DNA of 39,991 nt from Desulfuromonadaceae bacterium (GCA_016744555.1 JADGED010000001.1:8265-48255), one strand, 5' to 3'. Positions 1-9,915 are shown, counted from the stretch's first letter. Numbers and translations: made by a program. The notes: generated from the letters alone by a model not told the origin.

Positions 1-662
1 AATCTATCCTCAATGCGCACGCAGCCAAAGTTAGCTGCCAAGCTTGCCATATTCCAACTTATGCTAAAGTTGATGGCACTAAAATGACTTGGGACTGGTC
101 AGCTTCTGAAAAAGGTACCAAGGTTGAAAAAGATCATGGCCATAAGGTATTTATCCCGAAGAAGGGCCGTTTCACCTACGAGAAGAATGTTGTACCTGAG
201 TATCGCTGGTACAATGGCACCTCTGATGCTTACAATATTGGCGACAAAATTGACCCTACAAAACCTACCGCCCTTAACGAACCACTTGGTGACATCAACG
301 ATAAAAATGCCAAGATCATGCCGTTCAAAGTCCATCGCGGCAAGCAGGCTTACGATGCTACCAACAACTACATGATCACTCCGAAGGTCTGGGGACCAAA
401 GGGAGACCCATCTGCCTACTGGGTTAACTTCGAAAAAATCGGTGCTGCGGCGGCATGGAAAAACGCTGCAACCGCAGGCATGAAAGAATACGACTTAGAA
501 TTCAGTGGCAACATAGAATTTACTGAAACTGAAACTTACTGGTCAATAAACCACATGGTCGCCGAAGCCGATAAAGCTCTTGGTTGCCTCGATTGTCACG
601 GAGATAGTGGCCGTCTAGATTGGGAAAAGTTGGGTTACAAAGGTGATCCAATGGATAAGTAA
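1..662 (+). CDS. Octaheme c-type cytochrome, tetrathionate reductase (OTR) family, C-terminal part (5' truncated)
   Basis: Frame is open from position 3 (SILNAHAAKVSCQACHIPTYAKVDGTKMTWDWS). Heme motifs CQACH and CLDCH; TKMxWDWS, KIMPFKVHRGKQ and INHMV segments are typical of OTR-family proteins. Confidence 0.85.
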   Translation, partial: SILNAHAAKVSCQACHIPTYAKVDGTKMTWDWSASEKGTKVEKDHGHKVFIPKKGRFTYEKNVVPEYRWYNGTSDAYNIGDKIDPTKPTALNEPLGDINDKNAKIMPFKVHRGKQAYDATNNYMITPKVWGPKGDPSAYWVNFEKIGAAAAWKNAATAGMKEYDLEFSGNIEFTETETYWSINHMVAEADKALGCLDCHGDSGRLDWEKLGYKGDPMDK

Positions 663-688
663 GAATAGATCATGAAATAAACGTTCAG

Positions 689-729
689 CAATCAAGCCGC
701 CAAAGTGAAAACTTTAGGCGGCTTGATTG
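689..729. terminator. Probable bidirectional terminator hairpin between convergent genes
   Basis: CAATCAAGCCGCC-AAAGT-GAAA-ACTTT-A-GGCGGCTTGATTG inverted repeat. Confidence 0.75.
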
Positions 730-759
730 TTTAAATACGCTCCTCAAACAACAACTATG

Positions 760-3021
760 TTAAACGCCAAGCAATGCAGCTCCTACAGCACCACCCAATT
801 GTTCAACCGTGTATGGTTTTTTCAAAAAACTTGCCGCTCCTAAAGCGAGGGCACTCTCAACCTGCTCACTAGAAGCGTAGCCGCTAACAATAACTGCCTT
901 TTGCTCTGGATACATCGCTACAATCTTCGCAAAAGTCTCATCACCATCCAAACCTGGATCCATAACCATATCTAGCAGGAGCAAATCAACCGGATGCTCC
1001 TTCACATAGGCAATGGCAGCTTCACCCGAATCAACGGCTTGAACTTGGTAATTCAACCCACTAAGAATCTTGCTGGCGATATCACGTAATTGCGCCTCAT
1101 CATCAATAACTAAAATTGTTTCACCTGCCCCATTATAATTATTAATTTCGTTTTTAAAGGTGACTGATCCCATTTTTTCGCTCTCTGAGAAAGCGGGAAA
1201 AAGAAGTGTAAATGTCGTCCCATGTGCTGCATCACTACTAACTAGTACACTTCCATCATGGTCGACCATACAGTTCCAAACCACCGCCAAGCCAATCCCG
1301 GTGCCACTACGCCCCATTTTCTTTTTTGTATAAAATGGTTCAAAAATATGGCTTAAGTCTTCATGTCTAATTCCGGAACCATTGTCTTTAACGGTTACGG
1401 CAATGTATTCACCAGCGGGGAGTGCGGCCTCGGTGCAAGCATGACTAGGCAATGTTTGCAAATAGCTGCTAATTGTAACTTCACCAGCGCCATCAAGAGA
1501 TTCAATTGCATTTGTCACCAAATTCATCAGGCATTTATTTACATGGGTTGGGGAACACAGCACCGTAGGCAAATTTGTCGCCAATGACGTGGTTATATTT
1601 ACGTTACCGTTTTCTTGCAGTAGGGTTAACACCTCAGGGAATTGCATATATTCAAGGATTAGCGCATTAATATTTGAAATGGTACGAACCTTTGCCGCCC
1701 CCCGTGCAACGGTAAGAAGGTCGGCGACAACTGCAGCTGCGCGCAAACCAGACTCTTTGATCGATGTTATTGGCTCGCGCAACTTACTATCTTCTGGCAA
1801 CCGCATTAGTAACAGTTCTGGGTAACTAACCACACCAGACAAGATATTATTCAAATCGTGGGCTACTCCGCTAGCCATTAATCCAACTACTTCCATCTTC
1901 TCCGATCTAGTAAGCTTATCCTCGGCAATTTTTCGCTCTTCAATTTCTGCACTTAATTCTTTTGTCCGCTCTTCTACCCGTTCTTCAAGTTCAAGGTTTG
2001 CATGTTCAAGTGATCTATTTAACTTTAAAACCTGTTCAAGTAATCCACCAAAACCATAATAAAAAATCAACGCCACAAAAATTAACATTACAAAGCTAAG
2101 AAAACAGGTAAAACTGATTAAGTTTTGCGTTTCCGCCACTACCTCCGTAATATCAATTGCAACAAAAAGGGAGCTAAATGATACCCCACGAAAATCTTTA
2201 ATATCAAAGATTCTATGCAATACATAAGTACGACTATCTAAAGCAAATTGATGGTGCTCATCACTCAATTCATGAGGCTTGTTACTCCAGTCGACCGTAT
2301 TAATGAATCGGCTCAAGAAGTCCTGATTTGAAGAAAAAACTGTGTGAGTATTTGTTTCTAAGGTTGCACTTTTATCCTTGTCCCAATTGTTATATTCACT
2401 ATTTTCAGTAGCTATTGCTGCAAACAAACCCAAGTCCTTCTGCAACATTTCAATAAGAAAATTTGCATTAATACCCATTTGCAGCGCCCCAACATATTCC
2501 CCTTGGTAAAAAACCGGCTGTACTACACGGTACTGATGCTTCCTTTTAGATATAGTAAAACCAGAATTTTGGACCTTTTCATTATTGACAGCTACCAAGT
2601 CAAGTCGCTTTTTACTTATATCTTTCGGCTTATCATCTGGTCGATGTACCCGCAAAAAGACTTCATTATTCGGAGTTATCCAAGCAAGCGATGCAAAATA
2701 TGGATTCTCTTGTTTTAAAGTTTTTAAAAAAGGCTGAGAAAGGGCAAGTAAGGTTTTTCGGTCACGCTCAGAAAAAGCCTTAATTATCAATGCTCTGGTA
2801 GGGGAAACTTGGTAATTTAGAAAACTTTTAATCCGTCGCTGATACTGATTAGCCGTTTGCAATACCGTTAATTCGGAAACTTGACCGGCCGCAATGGCTC
2901 GGTTATTAATCAGCCGAAGCATATTCTGTTCACCCTGCCGATAAATCATAAATAGAAAAATCCCACAAATGATCACTATCAGCATTACCATCGACAGCAT
3001 CGCCTTGTTTCTTGTGCTCAT
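760..3021 (-). CDS. Membrane hybrid sensor histidine kinase (periplasmic Cache-like domain, HisKA, HATPase, REC)
   Basis: Two TM segments flank a periplasmic domain. H-box GVAHDLNNIL, N-box NLVTNA, DNGSG, FEPFYTKK, GTGIGL; C-terminal receiver (VIDDE...LLDM...KP). ATG at 3021 chosen over TTG at 3036. Confidence 0.9.
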   Translation of the reverse strand: MSTRNKAMLSMVMLIVIICGIFLFMIYRQGEQNMLRLINNRAIAAGQVSELTVLQTANQYQRRIKSFLNYQVSPTRALIIKAFSERDRKTLLALSQPFLKTLKQENPYFASLAWITPNNEVFLRVHRPDDKPKDISKKRLDLVAVNNEKVQNSGFTISKRKHQYRVVQPVFYQGEYVGALQMGINANFLIEMLQKDLGLFAAIATENSEYNNWDKDKSATLETNTHTVFSSNQDFLSRFINTVDWSNKPHELSDEHHQFALDSRTYVLHRIFDIKDFRGVSFSSLFVAIDITEVVAETQNLISFTCFLSFVMLIFVALIFYYGFGGLLEQVLKLNRSLEHANLELEERVEERTKELSAEIEERKIAEDKLTRSEKMEVVGLMASGVAHDLNNILSGVVSYPELLLMRLPEDSKLREPITSIKESGLRAAAVVADLLTVARGAAKVRTISNINALILEYMQFPEVLTLLQENGNVNITTSLATNLPTVLCSPTHVNKCLMNLVTNAIESLDGAGEVTISSYLQTLPSHACTEAALPAGEYIAVTVKDNGSGIRHEDLSHIFEPFYTKKKMGRSGTGIGLAVVWNCMVDHDGSVLVSSDAAHGTTFTLLFPAFSESEKMGSVTFKNEINNYNGAGETILVIDDEAQLRDIASKILSGLNYQVQAVDSGEAAIAYVKEHPVDLLLLDMVMDPGLDGDETFAKIVAMYPEQKAVIVSGYASSEQVESALALGAASFLKKPYTVEQLGGAVGAALLGV

Positions 3022-3114
3022 CGGCAGATCCCCCAACCTTTAAAAATAAGCTTAACCATTATTTTTTCCTTGTTCAACCAATAACAATTCCATTACATTA
3101 TGAACAATGACAAC

Positions 3115-3137
3115 AATATGAACAACTTTTTCATATT
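3115..3137. promoter_or_regulatory. 23-bp dyad upstream of the AbiEi-like gene, possible autoregulatory operator
   Basis: AATATGAA-N7-TTCATATT directly before the GAGGT RBS; further ATGAACAA/TTGTTCA copies at 3070-3107. Confidence 0.4.
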
Positions 3138-3148
3138 TAGAGGTAGTT

Positions 3149-4207
3149 ATGCCACGAAAAAAATTATTAAATGATGAACAAATTATCCACGATAGTGTTA
3201 AAGCAATTAGCACCATTCCGCAAAGCAAGGTCGAATTGCGCCTCCATAAAGGTGGTGGTCCATTCGCAGGAACGGTAAAAATAGCTGGTCCGTGGGGCAC
3301 CAATCACTATTATATCAAAATTGTACCAAAATTGACGCCCCAACTAGCAGATTTAGTTATCCATCAGATTAAAACCTCAACGGCACCGTTAAATTCCAAC
3401 CCGCTATTGGTAAGCCACTATATTTCACCAAAGCTTGCAGCCCTGTTAAAATTAAAAGGGATAGAGTACGCAGATTGTGCTGGAAATCTGTTTTTAAGCC
3501 AATTACCTCTATACATTGAGATTGGCGGGCAAAAACATCCACCGAAAACACCTGGAGCAGATCGCCTATTCCGCCCCGCGGGATTAAAGCTGGTCTATCT
3601 CCTTTTACGTAACCCTCAAGCAATTAATGCCACCTATCGAACTTTGGCCGAAGACGCAGGAATTGCCCTCGGTGCCATTGGTGACCTGTTTGGCGAACTA
3701 GAAAAACGGGGCAACTTAACCATCGACGAACAAGGGCAACGGCAATTACACGCCACCGAAGAGTTACTCCAGCGCTGGCAGTTAGGTTATTTGGAAACTT
3801 TACGGCCAAAATTATTTCTACAACGTTGCCAACTCCCCCCCGGCGACAACATAACCCACGTAACCGACCAACTTAAACTCCTACCCCACGGCAAGAATGT
3901 CCTTATCGGTGGTGAGCTTGGTGCCGCCCTACTTACTAGTAAGTTTAAGCCACAAGGGGCAATCTTATACCTGCAACCAGAACTGCTGTTAAAAACTATG
4001 CTGCAACTGCATTTAGTTCCCGACCCCAATGGAGAAATAACTCTACTGCAACCATTTGGACAGCAATGTAGCTGGAGTGGCTGGCAACCTGAAGGGCTGA
4101 CGATTGTTGATCCACTGCTAACCTTCGCCGAGCTTGCAGGAGACAATACCGACCAAGTGGCTGATAAACTCTATCAACAATATTTATCCCCACGCTTTAT
4201 CGAGTAA
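3149..4207 (+). CDS. Type IV toxin-antitoxin AbiEi-family (AbiEi_2-like) antitoxin / transcriptional regulator
   Basis: Recognised segments YADCAGNLFL, GLKLVYLLL, TYRTLAEDAGIALG (HTH), LLQRWQLGYLETLRPKL, GGELGAALLT, PLLTFAEL. Confidence 0.75.
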   Translation: MPRKKLLNDEQIIHDSVKAISTIPQSKVELRLHKGGGPFAGTVKIAGPWGTNHYYIKIVPKLTPQLADLVIHQIKTSTAPLNSNPLLVSHYISPKLAALLKLKGIEYADCAGNLFLSQLPLYIEIGGQKHPPKTPGADRLFRPAGLKLVYLLLRNPQAINATYRTLAEDAGIALGAIGDLFGELEKRGNLTIDEQGQRQLHATEELLQRWQLGYLETLRPKLFLQRCQLPPGDNITHVTDQLKLLPHGKNVLIGGELGAALLTSKFKPQGAILYLQPELLLKTMLQLHLVPDPNGEITLLQPFGQQCSWSGWQPEGLTIVDPLLTFAELAGDNTDQVADKLYQQYLSPRFIE

Positions 4208-4259
4208 AACATAAAATCTGCGTGGTTCACTTTTTAGCTCGCTGACTATTTATCCTTGT

Positions 4260-4299
4260 TCAGTCCGTATAAAACTGTTATACGGACTGATATTTATTT
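4260..4299 (+). terminator. Perfect 13-bp inverted repeat with T-rich tail (terminator or operator)
   Basis: TCAGTCCGTATAA-AACTG-TTATACGGACTGA (4260-4290) followed by TATTTATTT. Confidence 0.6.
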
Positions 4300-4350
4300 G
4301 TTATCACCATCTATATTTCGCAAGAAATACAGCAGCAAAACGGATTTTTA

Positions 4351-6150
4351 ATGCAATTGGTTCCCCAAGTTTTAAAATTACTCGAGCGTACCGGGTTCCG
4401 ATTACTAATCCTCGCCATTCCGGTAGGTATTGTTGCTGGTGGTGGTGCCTTAGCATTTTATTTTGCTACCAACAGTGTTGAACATTTGATGCTCGAAAAA
4501 TTTGGACATTTCCATCCCCCACTTGAAGGCACACCAGAAAGTTCATTCAGCACTTTTATCGATAACTTATCCATCTCTCACCACTGGCTCCTGTTTTTAC
4601 TACCAGCACTCGGAGGGCTCATTTCCGGTTGGCTAGTCTACACCTTTGCCCCTGAAGCAGAAGGGCACGGAACCGATGGGGCAATTGAAGCTTTTCACCG
4701 CAAAGGTGGTGTCATTCGGGGGCGAGTTCCAATAATTAAAACTATCGCCTCAGTAATCACGATTGGTACAGGTGGATCTGCCGGCCGAGAAGGGCCAATA
4801 GCCCAAATCGGCGCAGGGTTCGGATCTTTTGTCGCTACCAAGTTGGGATTATCGGCACAAGATAGGCGCTTGCTTCTCATGGCTGGTATGGCTGGCGGCA
4901 TTGGCGCTACTTTCCGTTCCCCGCTAGGAGGTGCCCTATTTGCGGCAGAAGTATTGTACCGTGACCCAGACTTTGAACACGAAGGGCTTATCCCCTGCAT
5001 AATTTCCTCAATTATTGCTTATTCACTTTTCGGTGCCGTCACCGGTTGGAAACCACTACTTGATACTCCACTGTTCCACTTCGACAAACCATCTGAACTC
5101 CTCCTGTACTTGCTACTAGGGATATTGTGTGCTTTTTTTGGGGTTCTTTACGTTAAATTCTTTTACGGCATGCGCAACCTATTTCGCAAACTTCCCATCC
5201 CCAACTGGCTAAAACCAGCACTTGGTGGGTTTTTACTTGGAATGTTGGCAATGTTTGTTCCTCAAGTTCTCGGCTCTGGCTATGGTTGGGTGCAAGCGGC
5301 CCTATACGGCAAAATGGCTCTTTGGGTGATGTTAGTAATTGCCCTAGCAAAAATTCTGGCAACCAGCTTAACCATATCTTCTGGCGGATCCGGTGGAGTT
5401 TTTGCCCCAAGCTTAGTTATCGGTGCAATGCTTGGTGGCACCTTTGGAGCTACTGCCGAAATTCTATTCCCCATGCTAGTACAAGATCCCCGCGCTTATG
5501 TCCTAGTTGGGATGGCCGGTTTTTTTGCTGGGGTAGCAAATGCTCCAATTGCCACCTTGATCATGGTCAGTGAACTTACTGGTGATTACGGCTTGCTCGC
5601 CCCGCTGATGTTGGTCTGTGTGGTCGCAATGATCGTCATGCGTAAAAATAGTATTTACGAGCAACAAGTTGCCTGTCGATTTGACTCTCCTGCTCACCTC
5701 GGTGACTTTGTTATTGATATCCTAGAAGGGATAAAAATCCAGAGCATTGCTGACAAAGGGCGCAAACCGACCCTCATCCCGGAAGGGATGACGCTTCCAG
5801 ACATTTTGGATAAAATAGCCCCAGCCAAAACTACTTACTATCCCGTAGTAAATGGTGATGGGCTGATGGTCGGCATTTTTTCGATGACCGATATTCGTCG
5901 AATTTTGAACGAAGATATCCCCCCCACTTTAGTTATTGCTGGCGACATTGCGACAAAAAATGTAATTTCAGCAACTCAAGATGAACCACTAACCGAAGTC
6001 ATGAAAAAATTAACGGCGCGGAATCTCGATGAAATCCCTGTTGTAGACGCTGATGAACCGCAAAATGTTCTTTATATGATGTCGCGTCGCTCGCTCCTTG
6101 CCCACTACGCAGAACAAATGGAGAAAACCAAACCGAAGTATCAGACTTAA
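4351..6150 (+). CDS. CLC-family chloride channel/antiporter with C-terminal CBS pair
   Basis: GGSAGREGP (gating Glu), GGVFAPS, many TM helices, C-terminal CBS repeats (YPVVNGDGLMVGIFS, IPVVD). Confidence 0.92.
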   Translation: MQLVPQVLKLLERTGFRLLILAIPVGIVAGGGALAFYFATNSVEHLMLEKFGHFHPPLEGTPESSFSTFIDNLSISHHWLLFLLPALGGLISGWLVYTFAPEAEGHGTDGAIEAFHRKGGVIRGRVPIIKTIASVITIGTGGSAGREGPIAQIGAGFGSFVATKLGLSAQDRRLLLMAGMAGGIGATFRSPLGGALFAAEVLYRDPDFEHEGLIPCIISSIIAYSLFGAVTGWKPLLDTPLFHFDKPSELLLYLLLGILCAFFGVLYVKFFYGMRNLFRKLPIPNWLKPALGGFLLGMLAMFVPQVLGSGYGWVQAALYGKMALWVMLVIALAKILATSLTISSGGSGGVFAPSLVIGAMLGGTFGATAEILFPMLVQDPRAYVLVGMAGFFAGVANAPIATLIMVSELTGDYGLLAPLMLVCVVAMIVMRKNSIYEQQVACRFDSPAHLGDFVIDILEGIKIQSIADKGRKPTLIPEGMTLPDILDKIAPAKTTYYPVVNGDGLMVGIFSMTDIRRILNEDIPPTLVIAGDIATKNVISATQDEPLTEVMKKLTARNLDEIPVVDADEPQNVLYMMSRRSLLAHYAEQMEKTKPKYQT

Positions 6151-6178
6151 CATCCACCTACCAATAACAAAAAAACTA

Positions 6179-6223
6179 TTGACCAAAAAGGATATTAGTT
6201 CTACATTTCGCCAAACGACGAAT
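6179..6223 (+). promoter_or_regulatory. Sigma-70 promoter with overlapping putative ArsR operator
   Basis: TTGACC (6179-6184), 17 bp, TACATT (6202-6207); imperfect dyad TTCG-N8-CGAA at 6207-6222 just before arsR. Confidence 0.6.
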
Positions 6224-6235
6224 CAAAGGATTAAT

Positions 6236-6574
6236 ATGCGCACTCTCAGTAAAACCAATAAAGCCCTTTCTGATAATAATCGATTGCGCATTTTGAAGAT
6301 ACTACAAGTACGCCCCTTATGTGTCTGCGAAATCACTGCGGTTCTTCAACTATCACCATCAACCGTTTCGAAACACATAAGTCTATTACGGGAAGCAAAC
6401 CTGATTGGCGATCGTAAAGAAGGAAAATGGGTAATCTGTCACCTCGAAGAGGCACCGAATAACCATTTTGCCGCCACAATGCTACCTCTATTGGCAACTT
6501 GGCTAGAAAATGATCAGCAAGTATTAGATGACCGCAGCAAGCTTACATCCATAAATCGGCTTGAACTATGCTAG
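6236..6574 (+). CDS. arsR: ArsR/SmtB family metalloregulator
   Basis: KALSDNNRLRIL, LCVCEI (alpha3 Cys site), STVSKHISLLREANLI, RKEGKWV. ATG 6236 follows AAGGA; the ORF-track start at 6098 overlaps the CLC gene. Confidence 0.88.
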   Translation: MRTLSKTNKALSDNNRLRILKILQVRPLCVCEITAVLQLSPSTVSKHISLLREANLIGDRKEGKWVICHLEEAPNNHFAATMLPLLATWLENDQQVLDDRSKLTSINRLELC

Positions 6575-7554
6575 CAATATTTACCGACTTAGCAGATTGG
6601 CTCGTTTACGGGATAGCCAATTTTTCTCCAACTAGCAACCTAGGACAAAGTCTCCATTTTTTTGTCGAAGATACCAGCAAAATTTTGGTGCTGCTGATAG
6701 TAATGATCTATATCATTGCTTTTCTGCGGGCATCACTCAACGTTGAAGCGGTGCGTAACTATTTGCAGAACCGACATCGTTTTTTTGGTTATTTGCTTGG
6801 CTCATTATTCGGTGCCATTACCCCATTTTGCTCCTGCTCGAGCATCCCACTCTTTTTAGGTTTTACCACCGCCAGAATTCCGGTTGGAATCACCATGGCA
6901 TTTCTAATCACTTCGCCAATGATCAATGAAGTTGCTATTGTTTTATTAGGGAGTATTTTGGGTTGGAAATTCACCTTAATTTACGTTGTCGTTGGAATAG
7001 CTTCCGGGATGGTCGGTGGTCTACTACTAGATCTACTAAAGGCTGAGCGCTACTTACAACCATTCTTGCGTGAAGCAATTCCAAATGAATCTGACGATTC
7101 CGCTGCAACAGGGACACTACAGCTAGAAACCATGAACATGGGTCAAAGGCACCAGTTTGCTAAAGATGAATTGGTAACTATTGTAAAACGAATTTGGAAA
7201 TGGGTATTTATTGGCGTTGGTGCAGGAGCAGCGCTACATGGATTTGTCCCAGACGGCTGGATTAGCGCAACCTTGGGAGCAGGACAGTGGTGGACGGTAC
7301 CAGCAGCAGTATTATTGGGCATTCCCCTTTATAGCAATGCCACTGGCATCATTCCAGTGATCGAAAGTCTACTTGAACATGGCTTGCCAATTGGAACAGC
7401 TATGGCCTTAATGATGAGTACTGTTGCAGCGAGTTTCCCAGAATTTGTTATGTTAAAACAAGTTATGCAGTGGCGCTTGTTGGGGATGTTTTTTATTATT
7501 TTACTTATCCTATTTACCTGCAGTGGTTGGATTTTTAACCTCCTGTGGCTATAA
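6568..7554 (+). CDS. arsP: ArsP/DUF318 family permease
   Basis: TPFCSCSSIP, FLITSPMINE, GIPLYSN, SFPEFVML; multi-TM; overlaps the arsR stop. Confidence 0.85.
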   Translation: MLAIFTDLADWLVYGIANFSPTSNLGQSLHFFVEDTSKILVLLIVMIYIIAFLRASLNVEAVRNYLQNRHRFFGYLLGSLFGAITPFCSCSSIPLFLGFTTARIPVGITMAFLITSPMINEVAIVLLGSILGWKFTLIYVVVGIASGMVGGLLLDLLKAERYLQPFLREAIPNESDDSAATGTLQLETMNMGQRHQFAKDELVTIVKRIWKWVFIGVGAGAALHGFVPDGWISATLGAGQWWTVPAAVLLGIPLYSNATGIIPVIESLLEHGLPIGTAMALMMSTVAASFPEFVMLKQVMQWRLLGMFFIILLILFTCSGWIFNLLWL

Positions 7555-7585
7555 ACAAACCATACGACGATAAAGGAGCTCACCC

Positions 7586-7822
7586 ATGAAAAGCGTAAAA
7601 GTTCTCGGTACTGGATGTAAAAAGTGCAATCAAGTATTGGAAATAATTGAGCAGACAATAGTCACCCAAAACCTCGATGCCACGGTAATAAAAGTTAGTG
7701 ACCTAGCCACTATCATGCAGTACAAGGTGATTTCAACTCCAGCAATAGTGGTAGAAGAACAAGTAGTTTCTACGGGGGCAATTCCAACTAGCGAACAAAT
7801 TATCAACTGGTTAGCAAACTAA
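7586..7822 (+). CDS. Small redox-active disulfide protein (thioredoxin-like, MTH895 type)
   Basis: VKVLGTGCKKC and STPA cis-Pro; AAGGAG RBS; usual companion of ArsP permeases. Confidence 0.88.
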   Translation: MKSVKVLGTGCKKCNQVLEIIEQTIVTQNLDATVIKVSDLATIMQYKVISTPAIVVEEQVVSTGAIPTSEQIINWLAN

Positions 7823-8028
7823 ACCTTAACAAATAATTTGGCGTATAAAGGGGAAGATGGACCCATATTGTTTCGAACCACAGTGGCAAATAAAAAAATA
7901 CTACCCACACAACCTTCAATTGCGTATATTTCATTCTGCTTCGCTGTAAACATAGGGTTACATATCTCAAAGAACAGCGGATCGTCATAATTAAAACTAA
8001 GAATTTAATTTTATACAAAGGCTCTACC

Positions 8029-9393
8029 ATGCCAGCAAAAAAAATTATGATTGTCGATAATGAAGAAGGTCTATGCCGCATGATGTCAGCGGTGCTCATG
8101 GATGAGGGTCACGGCACCAGAACTTTTACTGATCCCCTTGAAGCTGTAGAACTGTTCCGTGCAGGGATTTGGGATCTAGTTATCAGTGATATCAAAATGC
8201 CGGGGATAGATGGTCTTGAAGTGCTAAAGCGGATAAAAGCAATAGAGCCAGAAATCCCTGTTATCATGATTACCGCCTTTGCCACCGTTGAAATGTCGAT
8301 TCAAGCTTTGCGTCGCGGTGCATACGACATGCTCACCAAGCCATTTGAACCGGATGAACTCCTGTTCCGAGTGCGCAATGCTTTAAATCATAATCAACTC
8401 GCCAACGAGAATCAAAAATTACGGGAAGAATTAGCTGGAAAATTCAATTTTGACAATATCATCGGAGCTTCAACCATCTTGCAACAACTCCTCGACAAAG
8501 TTGAGAAAGTTGCAGTACGAGATACTTCTGCTTTAATTACTGGTGAATCCGGAACCGGAAAAGAACTAATTGCCCAAGCAATTCACTATAATTCTGAACG
8601 CAAAGAAAAACCCTTTATTGCCATCAACTGTGGGGCAATTCCTAGCTCAGTATTGGAGAGTGAACTTTTCGGTCACAAAAAAGGTGCCTTTACCGGTGCT
8701 GACGCTGACAAAGAGGGACTCCTTAAAGCCGCTGATGGCGGTACTTTGTTTCTAGATGAGGTTGGCAACCTCCCAATCTCGGTACAAATGACCATGTTGC
8801 GCTTTTTACAAGAACAAGAATTCCATCGCGTAGGAGATACTAAGCCTACCAAGGTTGATGTCAGACTTATCTCGGCAACCAACTCCGATTTGGAACAAGA
8901 AGTTAAAGATGGCACCTTCCGGGAAGACCTCTTTTATCGCCTCAACGTCATCAACCTCCACTTGCCACCACTACGGCAAAGGAAAGCCGACATTTCATTG
9001 TTGGCTGCCCATTTTATTGGTGAGCAAAACAAAAAATTTAAAACTGCCATTGCTGGCTTTTCTACCGAAGCCCAACATGCATCGACCGAATATCCGTGGC
9101 CAGGAAATATCCGCCAACTTAAAAATGTCATCGAAGCATGCATGACAATTGAGACCGAAAACCAAATTAGTTTAGCGACTCTGACTCAATTCATTGAGAT
9201 AGATGCTAGCACCATTGGCAACGAAGATTACACTAATGCCTTAGCACGCTTTGAAATTGACTATTTGCGTCAATTACTCACCTCAGTTGATGGCAACATC
9301 GACGAAGCGGCGAAAAAATCAAATATGAATATGGCGACAATTTATCGTAAATTGAAAAAGTACGGTTTACGTAAAGGGGAGATACTAAATTAA
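8029..9393 (+). CDS. Sigma-54-dependent response regulator (NtrC/AtoC type: REC-AAA+-HTH)
   Basis: REC with phospho-Asp (VISDIKMP), Walker A GESGTGKE, GAFTGA, FLDEV, FREDLFYRLNV, WPGNIRQL, Fis-type HTH. Confidence 0.93.
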   Translation: MPAKKIMIVDNEEGLCRMMSAVLMDEGHGTRTFTDPLEAVELFRAGIWDLVISDIKMPGIDGLEVLKRIKAIEPEIPVIMITAFATVEMSIQALRRGAYDMLTKPFEPDELLFRVRNALNHNQLANENQKLREELAGKFNFDNIIGASTILQQLLDKVEKVAVRDTSALITGESGTGKELIAQAIHYNSERKEKPFIAINCGAIPSSVLESELFGHKKGAFTGADADKEGLLKAADGGTLFLDEVGNLPISVQMTMLRFLQEQEFHRVGDTKPTKVDVRLISATNSDLEQEVKDGTFREDLFYRLNVINLHLPPLRQRKADISLLAAHFIGEQNKKFKTAIAGFSTEAQHASTEYPWPGNIRQLKNVIEACMTIETENQISLATLTQFIEIDASTIGNEDYTNALARFEIDYLRQLLTSVDGNIDEAAKKSNMNMATIYRKLKKYGLRKGEILN

Positions 9394-9420
9394 GATGGGT
9401 ATACGCTGGGAGAAAGGCTG

Positions 9421-9771
9421 TTACTTTAGATTTAACATCTCCTGAAACATTTCCATAAAGCTCATCCCTACCGGCTTAATTACCCACAATGCCAAAGTAG
9501 TAAGAATTATGAATACCATCGTCCAGTTAAGAATTGCGGTGCGGAGCTTCCAGTTTGGCAGGATTGGATTTCCATCTTTGTCTAGCTTTGGTTCTTTCCG
9601 TGGCGCTTTACGCAACAATCTACCAGAGGATAAGAAGATCAGTGCTGATACAAGAAACTGGGGCATAACGTCGGTACTAAGGACGCCAGCAGTCAGCAGG
9701 ACGGCATAATAGACTAGAGCAACTAGCCCTAGAATTGTCATCTGTTGACCCAAATTCATCGATTCATCCAC
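9421..9771 (-). CDS. Hypothetical membrane protein (3 predicted TM)
   Basis: 116-aa ORF with three hydrophobic segments; no motif recognised; start uncertain. Confidence 0.6.
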   Translation of the reverse strand: MDESMNLGQQMTILGLVALVYYAVLLTAGVLSTDVMPQFLVSALIFLSSGRLLRKAPRKEPKLDKDGNPILPNWKLRTAILNWTMVFIILTTLALWVIKPVGMSFMEMFQEMLNLK

Positions 9772-9915
9772 CTGTTCTATTAAGTAAAATTGCGTTTGAT
9801 AATGCTAAAATACCGACAAATGACGATTTTTTCAACGGTTCTGTTACTAAATCTACAAAAAAATATTTTCTGCGGCTCAACTTAAGACGACTAGCCTGCG
9901 ACAAGGCTCTATAAT

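Noticed and set aside
3052-3303. 83-aa minus-strand ORF with a hydrophobic stretch, as a possible toxin partner of AbiEi
   Set aside because: Mostly antisense to the AbiEi gene, spans the promoter region and has no recognisable motif.
4208-4350. Fluoride riboswitch upstream of the CLC gene
   Set aside because: No GGNGAUGG...GCUGAUGAC consensus, and the CLC lacks CLC-F motifs; only a simple inverted repeat is present.
6098-6235. N-terminal extension of ArsR given by the ORF track
   Set aside because: It overlaps the CLC gene and the promoter; the RBS and family start point to 6236. The same reasoning moved the starts at 10575, 22867, 23348, 36158 and 38097.
7586-7822. Additional selenoproteins among the redox genes (thioredoxin-like, Isf, radical SAM)
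   Set aside because: All their Cys motifs are encoded by Cys codons and the proteins are full length.
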